Shown: piece after piece, positions 41,199 through 51,801 of the stretch
How positions within the stretch are numbered: position 1 is the stretch's first letter
How the letters are laid out: every line of letters starts with the position of its first letter
DNA from: Nitrosopumilaceae archaeon
Lineage (GTDB): Archaea > Thermoproteota > Nitrososphaeria > Nitrososphaerales > Nitrosopumilaceae
Direction of reading: 5' to 3'
NCBI GenBank assembly: GCA_965207375.1
Contig: OZ242274.1
Location: 704,001-768,000, forward strand
Length of the DNA: 64,000 nt
The notes under the pieces: model-generated
Seen by the model: only the letters and a program-made list of their open reading frames with translations
What the model was told of the DNA's origin: nothing
Database searches by the model: none
Program-made: the position numbers and the translations under genes

Positions 41199-43054
41199 AT
41201 AGTACACTGTTTCTAATTGAACACAACACAAATCTAGATCTTTTAAAGAACCGTGATTCATCAAAGGATAAGATAATCTCCCTAGATTTTATCGCACATA
41301 AGAAATTACTAGAATTGGGAATAAAACACGAGTTATTTGAGAATTATTTTCAATATGATGATAAAGAAGCTATTGATGCTTTAATTGTAGAAAAATATAC
41401 AAATTGGTACAAAAGCGGCGAGGTCTCCAAATATCTTACTTTTGAGAATGTCAATCTGGGCTGGCTCTTGGAAATAGAAATTTCTACTTATCTTGCCCAA
41501 GTTATTAGAAAGTTTGTTGGATTGATAAGACTATTTGAAACCAATTATTATTCCAATGTATATTGCTCTAACTTGCTTTCACTTATGCTCAAAAACATAT
41601 GTGATCATGTGAATATATCAGAACTAGAGACGAACTCTGAGACAAGCCTACATTTTGAAAATGTTGAGATTCCACTACATATTGGAAATAAAACAATGCC
41701 AATTAGATTATCTCGAAATACTGCCTTGAAGATAAAAAAATTGGTTGAATTTTCTACAGCAAAATTATTGAATATCAAAGTCGATTTTAATCAAAATAAA
41801 ACAAAGCCTAGACTCTTGCTATTGGATTTTAACATTATTCTTTACAAAAATTTAATTTCAGAACTATCAAATCATTTTGAAGTTGTTCTTTTAAATGAAC
41901 GCAGGCCTGCAATATGGAATCTGGAAAGTTTAAAACTTTTTAGAAAATTAAATGTAAAGATTGTTCAACTAAAGGATTTGGCAGATTCAACAACGAATTC
42001 TGAGATAAATACTCTGTATGAAGATATTGAGAAAAAGCTAAATGAATTATTTTATTCTACTGACTATCTCAGAAAATATTTTTCAATTGAACAAAAGTCA
42101 TTTTGGCCAGCAATTGAGAAAAATTTCATCATCGTTTGTAAAACTAGATTTAGAGAGGCAGTTAGACGATATTTTCTAGCTCAAAAATTATTTGAGCTTT
42201 TAGAAATTGACAGGATCCTAGCTATTTACAGTACGGGAGTTGAAGAAAAAATGATATTACGTGCATCCCAAAAATACTCTATTCCGGGATTAATCCTGCA
42301 ACATGGTCGTCTGCCCAAGATGACATATCTCAAAAAATATTTTTCAATTATCCCAATTGAGGCAGGTCCGAAATTCAAAAATGCTTTATGGGGAACATAT
42401 ACTGCTGAATTATTTTCAAAATTGGACATACCTAATGATGATCCTGTAATTGTTGGTAGTCCAAAACATGATCAATATTTTCAACTTGCAAAATCTCCAA
42501 GAGATTCTATAGTTTTCTTTGATTCCTTTGCAACAGAAATCACCTTCAACGCATTTGACACAAATCGTTTAATAAAAAATGAGAATGTAATACAAAAAAT
42601 TTGTGAAAAATTAAACGGACTAGATTCCCATAAATTCTTGGTCAAATTACATCCAGGGCAGCATACGCTTCCCTATTCTCTAAGATCTCTTATTAGCAAA
42701 ATCGATCCTAAAATCCCCCTTTATCAATCCGAAGACATATTTCGATTTTTACCTACGTGTGATATTGCTGTTTTATCTGAATTATCTACTGTTGTTTTAG
42801 AAGCAATGATTCTTGAGATTCCTACAATTGTATACCTAGTTGATGATTACTTTGATAATGAAGAAATTTTTACATCTAAATCGAGTCTTCTTGTACATTC
42901 GTATGAAGAATTTGAGATTCAATTTGACAAACTAATTACTGATTCGCAGTTTAGAAATGATCTAATTTCTCGCGGAAATGAGTTTATAAAAAAATATTTT
43001 TCAAATCAGGGCAATTCATCAGAAAATTTTCACAAATTTTTACTTGACAATTGA
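41195..43054 (+). CDS. Hypothetical GT-B-like protein (candidate nonulosonate/CDP-polyol transferase)
   Basis: LQHG, LWG, VGSPKHD, VKLHP, STVVLEAMIL..P; typical of TagF/capsule-synthesis-like folds. Confidence 0.6.
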   Translation: MNSTLFLIEHNTNLDLLKNRDSSKDKIISLDFIAHKKLLELGIKHELFENYFQYDDKEAIDALIVEKYTNWYKSGEVSKYLTFENVNLGWLLEIEISTYLAQVIRKFVGLIRLFETNYYSNVYCSNLLSLMLKNICDHVNISELETNSETSLHFENVEIPLHIGNKTMPIRLSRNTALKIKKLVEFSTAKLLNIKVDFNQNKTKPRLLLLDFNIILYKNLISELSNHFEVVLLNERRPAIWNLESLKLFRKLNVKIVQLKDLADSTTNSEINTLYEDIEKKLNELFYSTDYLRKYFSIEQKSFWPAIEKNFIIVCKTRFREAVRRYFLAQKLFELLEIDRILAIYSTGVEEKMILRASQKYSIPGLILQHGRLPKMTYLKKYFSIIPIEAGPKFKNALWGTYTAELFSKLDIPNDDPVIVGSPKHDQYFQLAKSPRDSIVFFDSFATEITFNAFDTNRLIKNENVIQKICEKLNGLDSHKFLVKLHPGQHTLPYSLRSLISKIDPKIPLYQSEDIFRFLPTCDIAVLSELSTVVLEAMILEIPTIVYLVDDYFDNEEIFTSKSSLLVHSYEEFEIQFDKLITDSQFRNDLISRGNEFIKKYFSNQGNSSENFHKFLLDN

Positions 43055-43133
43055 ATCGTATCTTCCAGTAACTATGCCTGTAAATTAAAATAACTATATG
43101 GATTTATTTTGAAAAATTTTAAACATTTATTTT

Positions 43134-44414
43134 TTAAAATGTCATCACTGTTTTGATTTCGTTTCCTTCCAATATTTTGTTTAAATTCTGATCTTGTAAT
43201 CCGGATTTTATTTTTTCAAATGCATTTTGGCATACCTTTAATGTCATTTCAATATCTTGTTTAGAGTGAGAATAACACAATAAAGTCTCTCCGGGCCCAA
43301 ACATTACTCTGTTTCTGATACATTCTTGAAGAAAAATACTATGTAGTAATTTTGGCGTGTACTGGTCAATTTGGGAAAAAGTAATTGCTCCTCGTACAGG
43401 CAATCCCCTCCATTCTATAGGCAGCCCCATTTCATGTGCAAGATTGTTAATGCCATCCTTGAGTGATTTACCAAGATCCCAGCAATGTTTGGTTACATTT
43501 TTAGTGAGGAATTCATTTAAAACGGCGTTTCCCGCTGCTAAAGAAAGAGTTTCTCCACCATATGTAGTTGAGTAAAATATCTCATTGAATTTTTTCATAT
43601 ATTCTGCCTTTCCTGTAATTGCTCCTAGGGGCATTCCGTTACCAATAGCTTTCCCAAATGCAACAAGATCTGCATTAACTTTTAGCAGTTCTTGTCCTCC
43701 TCCATTTGCTAATCTGAATCCGGTCAATACTTCATCAAATATCAAAAGTGCGTTATTTTTATGAGTCAATTCCTGAACCTCCTCAAGAAAACCATCCAAG
43801 GGATACTCTAACCACATAGGTTCCATAACTACTGCAGCTACATTTCCATCAAGCCTATTAAAAGCCGATTTCAAACTTTCAATATCATTATATTTGAATA
43901 ATGAAATTAAATCGTTATTAAAATTAGGAACACCATCATTTCTATTTGTGATTGCTGTAAACCAATCATGCCAAACTCCTCCATGTCCGGTATACAAAAT
44001 GTGATCTTTTTTTGTAAAAGCTCTGGCTGCTCTAATACAGGCAGTAACTGCATCCGAACCTGTCTTTGAAAATCTTGTCATTTCTGCATCTGGGACAATC
44101 TTTTGTAATTTTTCAGAGACCTCGATTTCTAGTGTATGTGGTAATGAAAAGGAGATGCCATTTTCTAATTGACTTTTAATTGCATTATCTATTGTTTCAT
44201 AACAATATCCTAAAGAAACAGGTCCTAATCCAAGTACATAATCAATAAATTCATTATTGTCCACATCAATTAAATGTGAGCCTTTTCCCCGCAGGGCGTA
44301 AATAGGATAAACTCCTTCTACAAAGCTATAGTGTGCCTTGCTAAATGTCTGTGATAATGCAGGAATTAATTTTTCACCCTTTTTCAAAAATTCTTTTGAT
44401 TTTTCAATTTTCAT
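43134..44414 (-). CDS. Class III PLP aminotransferase (paralog of 13987..15324)
   Basis: DVDNNEFID, KTGSDA, FDEVLTGFR, FGKAIGNG, STTYGGE. Confidence 0.9.
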   Translation of the reverse strand: MKIEKSKEFLKKGEKLIPALSQTFSKAHYSFVEGVYPIYALRGKGSHLIDVDNNEFIDYVLGLGPVSLGYCYETIDNAIKSQLENGISFSLPHTLEIEVSEKLQKIVPDAEMTRFSKTGSDAVTACIRAARAFTKKDHILYTGHGGVWHDWFTAITNRNDGVPNFNNDLISLFKYNDIESLKSAFNRLDGNVAAVVMEPMWLEYPLDGFLEEVQELTHKNNALLIFDEVLTGFRLANGGGQELLKVNADLVAFGKAIGNGMPLGAITGKAEYMKKFNEIFYSTTYGGETLSLAAGNAVLNEFLTKNVTKHCWDLGKSLKDGINNLAHEMGLPIEWRGLPVRGAITFSQIDQYTPKLLHSIFLQECIRNRVMFGPGETLLCYSHSKQDIEMTLKVCQNAFEKIKSGLQDQNLNKILEGNEIKTVMTF

Positions 44415-44448
44415 AATTTCTATTTCTAGACCATATTGTATAATAAAT

Positions 44449-45456
44449 TTATTTTTTCATAAATAAAAGGATCTTCTCTACGATTTTTTTGTTCTCATTT
44501 GGCATTTTTTTGAAATCTGAATTCAAAATCAGTTCTTCATCCAACCTCAAATTAGACAGATTTATTGGAATTTTGTTTTTTAATCCCATCTTTAATAGTT
44601 CCTTGTGGATATATGATGCCTCTTTATGACTGGAATCAAGGATATATCTGAATCGAGTACCCGTTGACATTATTTCAGAGATGAAACCATAACCGCATTT
44701 ACAGATAACTAAATCCGCTGCATTGATAAGATCCTGACCCTCAACTAGGTTAACTTTATTCTTTATTTGGGAAATTTTGGCATAATCAGAAATATCTAAA
44801 ACATGGACATTTGGTGCTATTTTGGATTGTTTTATGCCTGGAATAGCTAGTAACACAAATTTATTTTTTAAAGAAATGCCTAATTTTTCTCTTATGTGTT
44901 TCTTAGAATGAATAATTTTTCTAGAAACCAAGCCCATCTTTATTGAATTGGCTAATTTCATTGGCGAACCAAAGGGTAGTTTGATCTTCAAATCTGCATC
45001 CTCAAAGATCTGTTTGAAAGACTTTCTTGTTTTTGCATCCAAGGATAATGTCTCATTCCAAATAAAACTGGAAATTACAACAGATCTTATTTTTGATTTT
45101 TTAGCAGCAAGTAGCGGCATTATTGCAACATCGCTTATAATAAAAGTCGGTTTTTCCTTTTCAAGAAATTTCTGTTCCTTATCTAATAAATCAAAAAGTC
45201 GCTTTTGCCACTTGAAAATTTGCGATCTTGTCTTTTGATCATTTATCCTCATCCCGGTAGTAGCATCCATTACCGGAACAAAGTCAATTTCGCCCGGTAC
45301 AATTTTCATTTTAGGTAGAGATTTTTTTAAAAAACCGTATTTGTCATTGTTTCTCACAACCACCACTATATTTTGTTCAAGTAGTTCCCTAATGATGGCT
45401 ACAGATCTACTAGAGTGGCCTAACCCATGCTCTGTTATATAATAAATGACTTTCAA
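44449..45456 (-). CDS. GT28/PseG-like GT-B protein (glycosyltransferase or nucleotide-sugar hydrolase)
   Basis: YYITEHGLGHSSRS, IISD, DLVICKCGYG..SE. Confidence 0.7.
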   Translation of the reverse strand: MKVIYYITEHGLGHSSRSVAIIRELLEQNIVVVVRNNDKYGFLKKSLPKMKIVPGEIDFVPVMDATTGMRINDQKTRSQIFKWQKRLFDLLDKEQKFLEKEKPTFIISDVAIMPLLAAKKSKIRSVVISSFIWNETLSLDAKTRKSFKQIFEDADLKIKLPFGSPMKLANSIKMGLVSRKIIHSKKHIREKLGISLKNKFVLLAIPGIKQSKIAPNVHVLDISDYAKISQIKNKVNLVEGQDLINAADLVICKCGYGFISEIMSTGTRFRYILDSSHKEASYIHKELLKMGLKNKIPINLSNLRLDEELILNSDFKKMPNENKKIVEKILLFMKK

Positions 45457-46430
45457 ATCTTTTTGGGCCTATTCTTCCGTCCAGATTCTTTTGCTGCTAA
45501 AGATGCCTTGAGTGTATTAATTGCATCTGAAAGTTTTAGTAGGTGATTATCTTGTCCATTTATGCATCCTGTTACATACTTTATTTCCTCTAAATACATG
45601 CAGTTGGTATTTTTTTCATATTTAATTTTTGAAATTCTTTTGCTTTTGTATTTTCTAACCTCTATTGTTTTTTTAGCAAAATCCCACTTGATGGAACCTT
45701 TTTCGCCTATGATTTCACAATGTCGGTTGTATTCAGGATTGATAAAATCTAAATGTATCCTTCCAATGGCATTTGATTTGAATTTAAGCAATATTTCTGC
45801 CAAGCCCTCTGATTTAACATCAAGATGTGGAACACTACGGTAATAAGAAAAAACTTCTTTGATATCTCCACCAAGCCATTGAAGATAGTTAATTTCGTGT
45901 GAACCGTCAAGGATTATTCCTCCAGATTTTTTTGAACCAGTATAACTTTTTGTATGATCTTGCCAGGGTCTCCAATTTGGCAAATACCATCCTTCGTACG
46001 CATCAAACGATACTATTTTTCCGATAAAATCTTTATCTAACATTTTTTTAATTCTGTGCAGACCCTTATCCATCCTAAAAACATAACCTACAAAAATTTG
46101 TAAGGCATATTTTTTTGCAAGTTTCTCAATCTCAGATATATCCTTAAGAGAATTGCTTAGTGGTTTTTCAATAAATACGTGTGATCCTGCTCTTAAAGCT
46201 TTTTTTGCCAAAGAGATATGGGAATTTGGCGGAGTGCAAATTAAGGTGCATTGGATTTCTTTGAAACTTAGAGAAGTTTGAATGCAAACTTTTAGATCTT
46301 TTCTTGTTTTTTCTAGTAATGATTTATTTGAATCAAAAACGCAAACATCTGTAAATCCTAGTTTTAATAGATTCGAAATGTGTCTCTTACCAATTGAACC
46401 GCAACCAATAACTAGGAACTTCATCTCCAA
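45453..46430 (-). CDS. Gfo/Idh/MocA family oxidoreductase
   Basis: VIGCGSIGKRH, CTPPNSH, VFIEKPL, LPNWRP, GGIILDGSHEI. Confidence 0.9.
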   Translation of the reverse strand: MEMKFLVIGCGSIGKRHISNLLKLGFTDVCVFDSNKSLLEKTRKDLKVCIQTSLSFKEIQCTLICTPPNSHISLAKKALRAGSHVFIEKPLSNSLKDISEIEKLAKKYALQIFVGYVFRMDKGLHRIKKMLDKDFIGKIVSFDAYEGWYLPNWRPWQDHTKSYTGSKKSGGIILDGSHEINYLQWLGGDIKEVFSYYRSVPHLDVKSEGLAEILLKFKSNAIGRIHLDFINPEYNRHCEIIGEKGSIKWDFAKKTIEVRKYKSKRISKIKYEKNTNCMYLEEIKYVTGCINGQDNHLLKLSDAINTLKASLAAKESGRKNRPKKI

Positions 46431-46672
46431 CAGTTATCTGTGAGTAGTTATTATTCTAGCTAACTAATGGAGGCAGGTCCGTCCAAAATTCATGTATTCT
46501 GAGCCATCAGATCTAGATTCTACCGATTTCTCTCATATTCTAGAATTACAAACTGATGATGATTGGAAATTATACAAGTAATAAAATCATACCTGAATAG
46601 TCAGCAACATCTTTCTAATGATCACAATAACGACACAAAGTAGCTAAAAGTTGTAATTGTCAATATCATATC

Positions 46673-46766
46673 TAGACTTTTTTTATTCTTTGATTATATC
46701 TCGAATTTGTGCTCAAAATCAATATAATTTCAAAACAACATCCATTATAAAAAATTGACAAGTTTA
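46673..46766. repeat. Degenerate family-B-like intergenic element
   Basis: TAGACTT...AAGTTTA ends, AATTTGTGCTCAAAAT core and ATTTCAAAACAAC motif; right end overlaps the stop codon of 46764..47813. Confidence 0.45.
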
Positions 46767-47813
46767 AGATTTAGTTTTTGGTTTTCCCAAATAGAAATAA
46801 TTTTTACGTGTCTCATTAAACAAGTAGGCATCTCTTAGTTTCTGAAATTCTACATCTAAAAAATATTCTGGTATCGAGTCTGGATGAAATGTCGTATTTA
46901 GATCAAATTTAGCGTATGAAATAAAATTATAGACAGATTTGTCGGTTCTTATTCTTGCAAAATTTTTTGCATAGTTTGATACAATATGTGGTGGCATTTC
47001 AACAAATGAATTAGCGTTCCAAAAACAGTCAATCAAAGACGATATTTTCTCTATTTCCCATGTGGGAATTACAAATATTTCAAGACTTTCATCTTCTTTG
47101 AATTTGATTTCTGTCATGTCTTTAGTTGTAAGATAATCCTTAACACAATCACCATAAAGATTTCTTAGGTAGTTAGTTACTACCCAAACATTTGGTACTA
47201 TATCAACTGCGATAAATTTTCGAATTTTAGGATAATTTTGTTCTATTAGATGAATATTCGCTCCAAATCCAGGGCCAATTTCAAGAAAAGAACTGCAATC
47301 TTTAAGCGTGGAATTTTTTTCTATAAAATCTAATTGATTAAGAAGTGTCAAATAATGTATAGAATAGTTTTTCCCTTTAAAAAATAGCGTTCTATCACAA
47401 CCAAAGTTTATAGAATCTTTAATTTTATATTTTTGTGTAAGTTCTGTTAATTTGTCTGCCTTGGAAAATACTAAACACGTTTTTTCTAAATTAAATAATT
47501 CGTTCAAATATCCTCTTGTAGTATTTACTTGCAAATCAAATAATTTCTTTAATGGAGTATAATTTAAAATCGTCAAACCTAACTTGATTTGTAATGATGA
47601 TTGGTCTAGCATCCGGCGAACATCTACTATTGTATTATCCCCAAATGAAGTTGCAGATGTGTTTTTGTCAGTTGAAGATCTAAAATCTCTTAATCCATTT
47701 TTTTCTAACTCTTTTGTTGCTACGATACTTTTTTTTAACCAATATGAACCAGGCTTGTAAATTTTAGATGTGTTTTTTTGGTCTGAAATAAGCATTTTCA
47801 GTAATTCGTCCAT
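46764..47813 (-). CDS. Putative sugar O-methyltransferase (NanM-like)
   Basis: YKPGSYW, LEIGPGFG SAM motif, VDI, N.NSFVEMP. Confidence 0.75.
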   Translation of the reverse strand: MDELLKMLISDQKNTSKIYKPGSYWLKKSIVATKELEKNGLRDFRSSTDKNTSATSFGDNTIVDVRRMLDQSSLQIKLGLTILNYTPLKKLFDLQVNTTRGYLNELFNLEKTCLVFSKADKLTELTQKYKIKDSINFGCDRTLFFKGKNYSIHYLTLLNQLDFIEKNSTLKDCSSFLEIGPGFGANIHLIEQNYPKIRKFIAVDIVPNVWVVTNYLRNLYGDCVKDYLTTKDMTEIKFKEDESLEIFVIPTWEIEKISSLIDCFWNANSFVEMPPHIVSNYAKNFARIRTDKSVYNFISYAKFDLNTTFHPDSIPEYFLDVEFQKLRDAYLFNETRKNYFYLGKPKTKS

Positions 47814-47906
47814 TATCTAGTCCCACAAGTAATTTGCCCCTATATAGAGCAACCATTAGCATATCTGTAAGAATTGTATCCAGAATTATATCTCTAGGCC
47901 TATGAT

Positions 47907-49153
47907 CAGCTAAGCGAAATGTGGGCAAAATAGGCCAAAATCCACCAAAAATGCAAACAGATCAATAGGGGCGGCTCCAGATGATTTTCAGTGTCCAAAC
48001 AAAAAACCAAACAGAGCCGTGAACTATTAAACAATCCACGATTATATCAAGATGCCGCATCTGGTGCCAAAAACATGCTTGCATGTACTACTTTGTCAGT
48101 CAAGGGCAATACGATATATGGAGTTGATGATCTTAGCACCGGAATGTTGAGGGCTGCCATTATGGATTCCTCCGTAGGAGGATGTGCAAATGCGGTAAAA
48201 CAAAAAAACAGCAACACGCCATCAGACAGATGGTATGCATCTGCAATCAAGGGGATATCAGAGGAAACAGTACAGGACGTTTTCCAATTACAGATAGCAA
48301 GACAGGTTAAGATTCTCAAAAAAATGGGAAAGATTCCAAAGAAGGGGCTTACAGTTGCAATGGACCTACACCTCATATGCCGTTATGACAGGACATATGG
48401 GGAGGAGTTGACCCGTTCTAAATACAAAAACGGCACGACATACTTTGAGCGTTACATGACGGTTCACTGTGTGGATGATACAATGAGAGTCGTTCTAGCT
48501 GCAATACATCTCAAAATGCTTGATTCCGTGCCTAAATCGGTGAATTTTCTGCTCAAAACACTGTCGGATTTGGGGGTAAAAGTTCGTCTGGCATTATGTG
48601 ATCGTGAGTTTTTCTCAGTGGATACAATGCAAATGCTGATTCAAAACGACGTATCCTTTTTGATACCTTGCAGAAATACACCAAATGTAAAATCTGCACT
48701 AGACGAGTATAGTAGTAAAAAACGTGATGTAACATCAGAGTGCACCCTACAAAACGACTATCATTCTGTACCGTATACAATGATGATAGAAAGAAGAAAG
48801 GGATCAAAGGATACTGATGTTGCCGAGGAAAAATACATCGGCTTTGCAACCAACTGTAATACTGTAGACGTTACAGAATATGCAAGTAGGTGGGGGATAG
48901 AATCAGGATACGGCAAGATAGAGGAATGCAGGGCCAAGACACGAATCAAAGATAATGTATCAAGAATGCTGTGTTTTTATTATTCGCTGATACTGTACAA
49001 CGAGTGGATAATTATCAGGGCTATTCTTTGTGATGATACAGCAAGTCAGAGTATTATGACAATGTTAGTTTTCAAAGTACAAATGGATTTTGAAGCGATA
49101 CGTCAGTCCAAGCCGCCGCCATGGTAGGATTGGGGCCACATTTCGCTTAGCTG
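47907..49153 (+). mobile_element. Intact ISH3-family IS, 1247 bp
   Basis: 18-bp perfect TIRs CAGCTAAGCGAAATGTGG; 5-bp TSD ATGAT. Confidence 0.93.
47991..49127 (+). CDS. ISH3-family DDE transposase
   Basis: AMDLH, CDREFFS, FATN, YASRWGIESGY (YREK-like motif). Confidence 0.92.
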   Translation: MSKQKTKQSRELLNNPRLYQDAASGAKNMLACTTLSVKGNTIYGVDDLSTGMLRAAIMDSSVGGCANAVKQKNSNTPSDRWYASAIKGISEETVQDVFQLQIARQVKILKKMGKIPKKGLTVAMDLHLICRYDRTYGEELTRSKYKNGTTYFERYMTVHCVDDTMRVVLAAIHLKMLDSVPKSVNFLLKTLSDLGVKVRLALCDREFFSVDTMQMLIQNDVSFLIPCRNTPNVKSALDEYSSKKRDVTSECTLQNDYHSVPYTMMIERRKGSKDTDVAEEKYIGFATNCNTVDVTEYASRWGIESGYGKIEECRAKTRIKDNVSRMLCFYYSLILYNEWIIIRAILCDDTASQSIMTMLVFKVQMDFEAIRQSKPPPW

Positions 49154-49258
49154 ATGATGAACCTAGTCATTTGCGCCAAATTTTCATAAATGATTAATAC
49201 TTGTGTCATACAAAACATTGTATGCAGTCACATTTGAAATTATATTTATTTTCTGGCA

Positions 49259-50731
49259 ATGATATTAAACATGGTAATTGATACCGTGCCAAAAAAGTTA
49301 GTAGGAAAATATACGGTGCTAATACTTGCCTCGATACTTTTGATATCATCAATCCAATATGTTGCAGCCGAAACAAAACTATACACGGAGCTTACTGAGA
49401 CTTTTGATGCGACAAGTGACAAGTATGATTTATTCTTTAAAGTGCTATATGAAGAAACCAATGTCAAGAAATCAGGCAAGATAGTAACTGAGGACGACAA
49501 TTCCTATTATAAAATAGAAATGTCTGGAGTGCGCGAATTGCGTACTAAAAACGCAAATTTGTTTGGAGGAATCATGTTTTATGACCTGCATCCGTCTGCA
49601 CAAAACTTTTCAGTTGATATTTTGGGCAAAAATCTAAGAGGTGATGGGGGAGAAGCTGGTGCAGGAGCTGCAATATACTATGCAATTGTATACGATACTG
49701 GTGATGCACAAAAGCAAATCATGGTTCGCACTCACGCACTTGCAAACAAAAATGTCGCTCTAATAAATACGGCATTACTAAAGCCTGGTGAGACGTATCC
49801 AGAGACTATTGTGATCAAAAACCAGTTTACACCTATTGATACTTGGGCTACCTTTACCGGTAATGTAAAACAGATGTATGAGGACAATGATCTTGGCAAC
49901 TATGATGAGGATGTCACAGAATGGATTTTCATGCTAGGCGGCTCTACGTACACATCACAGGTAAACGGCAGGCCAAATTCCTTTGAGGCACGCTTTGACA
50001 ATGTAACTATAGGTGGCACGATATCTGATACAAAGACACCTGCTCAAATAATTGAGGAACTAAAAGCAAAAATTACGTCCCTTGAAGGCAAAATCGCAAA
50101 GCTTACAATGGCAATTACAGGTCTTAACAACACCATATCTGAAAAGGACAAAACAATTGAAAAGCTCAACATGCAGATAAAAACACTAAACTCCACATCT
50201 GGACCAACAGTTATCTCATTTGATAACTTTGAGACAGGATTAGGAGGATGGACGTTTTACTCTTACCAGTATGCATCAGATACGCCCGGACACCCAGGCT
50301 TTGATAACTATTCGGCCCAGCTTATACCTGATGATTCTAAGGTGGTAAAAATTTCAGGTGATGGTTTTCCTGTGTATGCGGGAATCAAAAAAGAGTTAAC
50401 AATACCTGTTGATGCAAAACAGGTTATACTATCTTTTGACGGCAAAGCATCAGGTACGGCCCTGCATAACTATATTCCTAGTATGTTGTTTATGTCCCTT
50501 GATGATCCGGGGTCAGGTACCTATCCTGTTTATGACAAGTATTATTTTGTAGGAGAAATTAATCCGCCATCATCTAAACTTGTAGACTGGAAAAAATACG
50601 AGTTAGACATTACACAGTATACCAAGGGCAAGACCAAGAGTAATATATTTTTAGGATTGATTGATTCATGGGCTGCAAACTGGAATCATCAAGTATGGTT
50701 TGATAACATCAAAGTCACTGTAAAAAACTAG
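49259..50731 (+). CDS. Secreted/surface protein with two beta-rich domains joined by a coiled coil
   Basis: Hydrophobic signal segment (VLILASILLISSIQYVAA), heptad coil IEELKAKITSLEGKI..., both domains end in FDN(V/I). Confidence 0.6.
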   Translation: MILNMVIDTVPKKLVGKYTVLILASILLISSIQYVAAETKLYTELTETFDATSDKYDLFFKVLYEETNVKKSGKIVTEDDNSYYKIEMSGVRELRTKNANLFGGIMFYDLHPSAQNFSVDILGKNLRGDGGEAGAGAAIYYAIVYDTGDAQKQIMVRTHALANKNVALINTALLKPGETYPETIVIKNQFTPIDTWATFTGNVKQMYEDNDLGNYDEDVTEWIFMLGGSTYTSQVNGRPNSFEARFDNVTIGGTISDTKTPAQIIEELKAKITSLEGKIAKLTMAITGLNNTISEKDKTIEKLNMQIKTLNSTSGPTVISFDNFETGLGGWTFYSYQYASDTPGHPGFDNYSAQLIPDDSKVVKISGDGFPVYAGIKKELTIPVDAKQVILSFDGKASGTALHNYIPSMLFMSLDDPGSGTYPVYDKYYFVGEINPPSSKLVDWKKYELDITQYTKGKTKSNIFLGLIDSWAANWNHQVWFDNIKVTVKN

Positions 50732-51321
50732 ATGTGGAGTATATGTCTCAAAATTGAGACTGGACAAATACAGACAAATTTTCTATGGGTGGTTCCATAC
50801 ATCTAAAGCCAAAAGATTACAGGTAAAAAACAGATTCTCATCGTGAGTTTCTATCTGAGATCAAGATGCTGTAATCTAGGCAGAGGGCAATTCGGAGAAA
50901 ATCTGCATATTGACTTTTACCAACAGATAAAGCAGAAGAATCGTATCGGTACTGTTATTGTATTTTTAACGTAAGAGGCCTGCCCGCCTCAATGCCTGGA
51001 TTTTGTACGATTTTAGGCAAAATTTTTAACAGAGATAATCTAATATTGTGTATTGAACCTCAATAATGCCCAAACCTATACCTATTACGGTATTAAAAAT
51101 CCATTATACAATGGTAAGACAGTACAATTTCATACAGAGAGAATACTATCTAATCATAAAACTGTACAATTTACCATCAAAGGATCATAGAACCCTTTAA
51201 TCTTTTTTATCAAAATCTAGTGAAGGCTTTACACATTACCCTTTACTTTCAGGCACCTTATTGTCTAGTGATACAGTCTATACAGACCCTGAAATTATCG
51301 CTCAATTAGAGCCAATACGGT

Positions 51322-51801
51322 TCAAGTAGGGATGACACATATAGAATCAAATCCCTCATCTAATTCTGACATTTCCAATTCATTCCACCTATTTTGAATG
51401 ACAAAATCTGGAATAGTGCCGCCTCGGCGTCTGTTCTGCTGCAATGCACGGTCCAAATTACGAAATAATACCGCCTGTATCTCATAGTCATATTGTTTAC
51501 CGTGTTCTATGTGATGAGCCCGTATGTCTCGTGTAAGGTTGGTGTCATCTATTAAGATGTTCCTGCCTGCCTTCAAGGATGCAGAGATTTTCACATGTTC
51601 TGCCTTGCGTTCCTGACTTGTGGGTTCTGCAAGGCCGTCTGGGGACCACGTGGCCGAGAGCCTGTTTAGTTCTGCTCTGTCTTGTCTTATATCATCAAGG
51701 GATATTCTGTCAAATGAAGAATATTTTGTTTTTGCAAGGGTGGTTTTTCCTGCACCTGCGATTCCTACCATGATGATCATTTTTGATTTAGAGACAGCCA
51801 A
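51322..51801 (-). CDS. P-loop kinase (AAA_33/polynucleotide kinase-like)
   Basis: MVGIAGAGKTT, ISLDDIR, ILIDDTN, NRRR. Confidence 0.82.
   Translation of the reverse strand: MAVSKSKMIIMVGIAGAGKTTLAKTKYSSFDRISLDDIRQDRAELNRLSATWSPDGLAEPTSQERKAEHVKISASLKAGRNILIDDTNLTRDIRAHHIEHGKQYDYEIQAVLFRNLDRALQQNRRRGGTIPDFVIQNRWNELEMSELDEGFDSICVIPT

Noticed and set aside
950-49153. Composite transposon formed by the two ISH3 copies
   Set aside because: The intact copy has its own ATGAT TSD on both sides, which points to an independent insertion. The outer flanks (CTGAT and ATGAT) are not identical.
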